From assembly GCF_000150275.1 (NCBI RefSeq), contig NW_002060951.1:1994297-2058296 (forward strand): a stretch of DNA of 64,000 nucleotides, read 5' to 3'. This DNA is from Trichoplax adhaerens. Lineage: Eukaryota; Animalia; Placozoa. The notes beneath the pieces were generated by a model. The model was not told where the DNA came from. It searched no databases and saw only the letters and a program-made list of their open reading frames with translations. Below are positions 58,867 to 64,000 of the stretch, piece after piece. The translations under genes and the position numbers were made by a program. Positions within the stretch are counted from its first letter, which is position 1, and each line of letters starts with the position of its first letter.

Positions 58867-61125
58867 ATCGTTACTATTATATATATTACTAGGAATATGA
58901 AAGCCAATACGACACTTCGGTTATGGTTTAACTACAGATGGTTCACTGAGGGTTGGGTTTAATTATGGAAAGTAATGTAGCAGCAGTTAAAAGATTTTAT
59001 TATAATCGATTACAAATATCGACGATTGAGTAATAAGAATATGCAGCGACGAGTGGTGACATTATTCAAACCCCGCTGGATAACCTTTTTGAAATACAAT
59101 TTAATGCGTAATTTTTCTGTTGAAAATGCTACTGTAGCAGCGGTTGCGTTTTTCGATTAGTTATTAGGCTAGTAAATTATGAAGAGAATTGATATCTGAG
59201 AATATTACTTCATGTGTACTTGTGCACAAAGTTATACAACTAGCACCGATCGTATCATAGTTTTATCCATTTAGATTTAGAAAATTTATCTAAAATTAGA
59301 GTAGCCTCATGAAAGATATAGCATTACTAGTGGAAGCGATACTGTTTCGCTTTTCGATATACGAGTACTGACCACTGTATTTATTAGTAAGAATTGCATA
59401 GCACGGCTTAGATTGCAACATAGTGAAATCATTACTGATTATTATTTCGTTTTAAGAAAAAGGCGGTTAATATAACCTGCATTTCCGTATGCTTGGAAAT
59501 GTACGAGACATATACTCATTTAAGATTTATTGTCTTTATTTCCTATATATATTGCGATGGTAATTTCTTTTAATATAAACTCGATTGATTTATAACATGA
59601 CAAAAGGAGTTGAGTTCTTTCTTGAATAGATTGTAAGAGTTGTGTTATTGTTGCAGTTTTCAATATTACATATAAATATTGAATTATCTGAATGTCTACA
59701 ACATTCTTTTATGGCTAGAACATACAAATTATCGCAAGAATTATTATAAATACATATGATTAATATCATCATACGTATAACTTATTGTTAATAGAGATCC
59801 TATTTCTAATATCTACACTGGTAGATTTTAAATATCAGTAGAATATGAAATTTTCCATTGTGATATCACGTGTAGATAAATTTGATTACGTAGTTATTGT
59901 CTATTTATGCCGCACTAATTGCTTATGACCGTAAAAATACATATGATCTAGCATTTATTATAGCCATAGATAATTTATTTCGTTAACGATCAACTTATGC
60001 CACAACGTTCTTTGAGTCTTTCTATAGATTATTAAGTCATCCAACTCTGAATATGTTACTTTTCAACCTTTGTGTGAAAAAGCAAAAATTTTTTCCTGAT
60101 TAGTTATATTAATATAACATTATTCTAGATTATTATAATTATATTATTATTTGTGTACAGAATTCCTTTACTATGTATGACCTTTGTGTTTGTCCACATT
60201 TCTCGACTGTTATTATACGTCAAAAATTATGTTTAGGAGTTGATGGTGTTCAATTTATATAATTGTGATAACGACACTGATATGATTCTTATCCAACTTG
60301 TGCCTTAGCCACGAGGCATAGCAAACGCACATATTGCATATACGTCGATGATATTGGAAAGCATCGCACTTGGTAGATGTAAAGTTACAAAGTGATCATT
60401 TGCTATCTTGACAAAGCAAAATTAGGCTTTACTATTGCGTTCCATCGTAATCTAACAATGTTATAGACATAGAGTAATGTAAAGGTTTAGACTGGGGTCA
60501 TGTTATTAATTATATGAATGTTTTGTCAGCAACTGCCCAACGAACTTATGGTTCAAAAGTTCGCATTCTTATTTTTGCCTCTTTTTAAATCCTGTCGTGA
60601 TTAAATTTCAAGTCTATGTTGATTATGTTAACCTATTTCTTGAACGATCTATTAAGTACTTATTTCGAGACACTACTCAATGTCAAACACCTATCAGCTG
60701 CCATTATTCAATTAGTATTAATAAAGGTCTACCGTTAATCTAATTAGTTTCTTGTGTGATAATTGTCTCTTAACTGTATATGCTACACGATTATATACAG
60801 CATGAGTATAATAGAAATTAATTTAAAGCTGTCAAAAATCAACGGAGAGATTAAATATTATTAAAACATAAGCGGTATTAGTATGATAGTAATCAGCATG
60901 ATAGATGGCTTACTATCGTAATATCGTACAGATAGGATTATAATTCTATATAATACCATCTCGATATTTAAATTATATAATGTTTATTATTTAATCATTT
61001 AAATATTTCGGAATTTTAAAATCATTCAAGAGAATGTATCCGAAAGCAAACATATACATATTGTCGGTATCAGATGGACGATGAAATAAGACAACATGCA
61101 GCTGCAAGAGAATTATATATATAAC

Positions 61126-61148
61126 ATATATATATATATATATATATA
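61126..61148. repeat. (AT)n microsatellite
   Basis: atatatatatatatatatatata in the convergent 3' region between GRK2 and GOLGA3. Confidence 0.95.
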
Positions 61149-61520
61149 CAGTATATGTATCTGCCTTTTCTAGTTGCAATATTCATTAATAAAATAAGAA
61201 AACTAAAAGGTTTATTACAGCATAAAATTTTAAGCTTCTCATGAAAAGTATTTTGTATTTTGTCCATTACATACCATCCAAACCAAACAATACATAATCT
61301 ACATGATTTAAAAATTATTTACACATTAGTGCAATACTATAGCACAAATTGTTAACTAAGCCAATAGCAACTAGATCAGTCAATTACAATGAAAAGTTTA
61401 TAACAGCCCCGTTTTCAACCTTTATTTACGATTTGTTGATATATAAACTAACAAGAATCATTTACTAAAATTGGAAAGTGTACAATATAAGCCATCTTCC
61501 TACTTTCTGGCTTTTATACA

Positions 61521-64000
61521 TTATTGAGAATATACAACTTTGTAAACAGTTTTCTTATGTTCATCCATTCTTTCTTGCAAGGTAGCCATTTCCTGCCTAA
61601 AAATTTTACAATCAGGGTCGATCAGATATGTATTACTTTACAATTTATTCTCCACTAACAGAATTTTCCTGACAATTAGACGCAAACACTCTTATACTAT
61701 AATGGATATTCATCTGCTGCTACCTTAAATAACAGCTTATGCAATATTATTTGTAAAGTGCAGTGTAATGATTATTCAAATTTATTTACCTTAATTCCGA
61801 CAGACAATTCTGTAAGGTATTAATAGATCTGGAATCGCAAATGAAAATTAGTATTAATAATAATATTAGCCTTCATAATTTTTATAGAACTTATTTATTA
61901 GACTATGGCAAATATGTTATTACTATCATCTAAATCTTACCGATTATCACTATTTCCAGTATCTTGTTTCTTATATGCACTCCACAGTAATTCGACGTAT
62001 TCCTCAATATTTTCAGTGTCTAGCTCTAATTCTAATTAAGATCAGAAATCCAATTACAGAAAAGATCTAAGATATTAGCAAATATAGGTTGTGATATAAG
62101 CTACCTTTCGATATTTTATCAGCGACATCGCTTGGCAGGTGTTTAATAACTTGTACTAGTTGGCTTTTACATCGCTGTAAGGCTAATGTATATTTTTTAT
62201 CAAATCTCCATATTTTTGTTTATCTTTTTCAGCCTCGTTCAGATTTACTTCAAGTTGATCAATTCTTTCTTGCATACGCTTGTTATTAACTTGGTGCTGA
62301 TCAGTTAATTGCTCTAGCTCTTGCTGCGATGCAGTAACTTCCTCTTGTTTTAGTATTAACTGTTGTTTTAAGCTATCAATATCAAGTTGCAAAGCTTGTA
62401 ATTTCATCACTTTATCATCTAGCGCTCGCTGTGTTGCGTCAGCTTCAATCTGAAGTTGATTACTATCTCTCGTTGTTTCCTGATATTGCTGCTGCATAGT
62501 TATATAATTATTTTCCAATTTATCTAAATTATCCCTCATACTTTCTAATTGTTTACGTTTATTTTCTAATTCTCTCTCGTAATCTTCAATTTGACCTACA
62601 CTTTGATTGTAACGCTGATTTAAATCGGCATTTTGCTTCTTTTCAGATATAATTAAATCATTCAAATCGGTAACTGTAAGGTCTTTTTGATCAAGTTGTT
62701 GCTGCAATTCATTTACTGTAACTTGAAAAGCAGCTTTTACGGATTGGTTTTCTTCCTGGCTATTTTTTAATTTAACTATAATTTCTTCTAATGCTAACTC
62801 CTGTTTGCCTAAAGCACTCTGGAGTATACCACTATGTTGTCTCAAGATTGATTGGATTTTTTCAAGACCTTTCCGTCTGCCTTTTTCTCGCTCCAATTGG
62901 CTACTTAGTTGTTGTAACTTTTGATCCATACCGGTATCTACAATATCAATATGATTTGTAATATTTTCAATCGATGTTTGCATAGAATTGTCGACTAAAG
63001 TAGGACGGATAATGTTGCTTTTGTCTTCTTGAAAATCTTGCGATATTTTTGTTAGATCAGCAGAATCAGTTGTTGACTCCATTATCGGCACCTGATAAAC
63101 TTTCTCAATTAAATCGTCTTGTGTAGGTAATTGCGTCAGACTCCTAACCTCAACATTGGGTTCAATGATGCTTTCAATAATTGCTTTTTGATCAGACATC
63201 GGTAACTGCTCATCAATATTAGCCTGCTGCATAGATCCCTCTTGTACAGATCTACCAAGAGATTCCTCTATTAATCGACGATTTTCCTCTTGTAATTGCT
63301 GACATTCTGATTCCTTTAATGCCAAATTTCGTTTATAATCAGCATGTTGATCAGCATGGTCATGACGTGTAACTTGTAAGTCTTGCGTCAAGCGAGCAAT
63401 TTTAGCTTTTAATTTAGTTAATTCTTTGCGACTTTCACTTCCAGCTTTGTGTAATCGATTTTCTAACTCCTCATTTTTAATTTTTAGTTCATTTAACTCT
63501 TCGAGTTTATCACCTGTTGATGGTAATGGTTGTGATAGAGCCGCTTGAGATGACTGACTTAACTCTTCCAGATGATCTTTCAACAAGTGCATTTGATTTT
63601 CAATCCTATCTTTCTCTTCTTTTGTTGCAGCATGATCGGACAACATATGATCGAAATCGTGCTTAAGAACTTGCAATTCGCTTTCCACTGTAGCTCGACT
63701 AACGCGTAACTGTTCAACCTGGGTTTCTTTAGCGTAATGCTCACGAGTTAACTCTTCAATATTCTTCTGTTGATCATCTAAAGTTTCTTGCAAAGATTCA
63801 ATCTCTTGACGCAAACCCTCCTTTTCTTGTTGTAGCATAAGTAATTGTTTCTCTTGAGCTTCTTTATTGCGTTCGATTGTATCATACTCATCCTTCACTC
63901 TATTCATTTCACATTGTAATGATTCCATTGCCTGAGTAAATGCCTGTTTTTCATCTTGAGCTACTTGTAACCCACTGCGAAGCTGTTCAATATTGTCCAT
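61521..64000 (-). CDS. GOLGA3: Golgin subfamily A member 3 (golgin-160)-like coiled-coil protein, 3' part (5' end outside the window)
   Basis: A 1.8 kb Q/E/L/K-rich coiled-coil exon (64000 to about 62190) is followed by a segment to 62105 and exons 62031-61941, 61828-61790 and 61596-61521. These encode SINTLQNCLSELRQEMATLQERMDEHKKTV, matching the golgin-160 C-terminal motif (LNSCLQQLKQEMDSLQRQMEEH, recalled from human). The junction near 62175-62250 is ambiguous (see findings). Confidence 0.75.

Noticed and set aside
62183-62185. Stop-codon readthrough of the GOLGA3 TAG
   Set aside because: The same frame hits another TAG nine codons later; the conserved continuation is in a different frame.

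Overview
AT-rich, intron-dense eukaryotic genomic DNA with one assembly gap (46237-46724). Short 65-200 nt introns, low GC and (TACAG)n tracts suggest a placozoan such as Trichoplax; this is an inference. Manual exon chaining recovers five conserved metazoan genes: HIP1/HIP1R (+, 10827-20802, about 37 exons), CaMKK (+, about 28058-33032), PXMP2 (-, 38366-35297), GRK2/3 (+, 50075-58866, 23 exons) and the 3' part of GOLGA3/golgin-160 (-, 64000 to 61521). Most short ORFs in the supplied track are exon fragments or repeat artefacts. Main observations: (1) a minor-spliceosome intron in HIP1 that restores the frame only with non-canonical AT-AA ends; (2) a reading-frame break in GOLGA3 upstream of its conserved C-terminal exons; (3) TACAG/CTGTA palindromic repeat clouds concentrated at gene 5' ends; (4) an LTR-like element containing a hairpin; (5) a candidate unannotated multi-exon orphan gene; (6) apparent ancient linkage of the five genes. 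No tRNA, rRNA or CRISPR array is supported.
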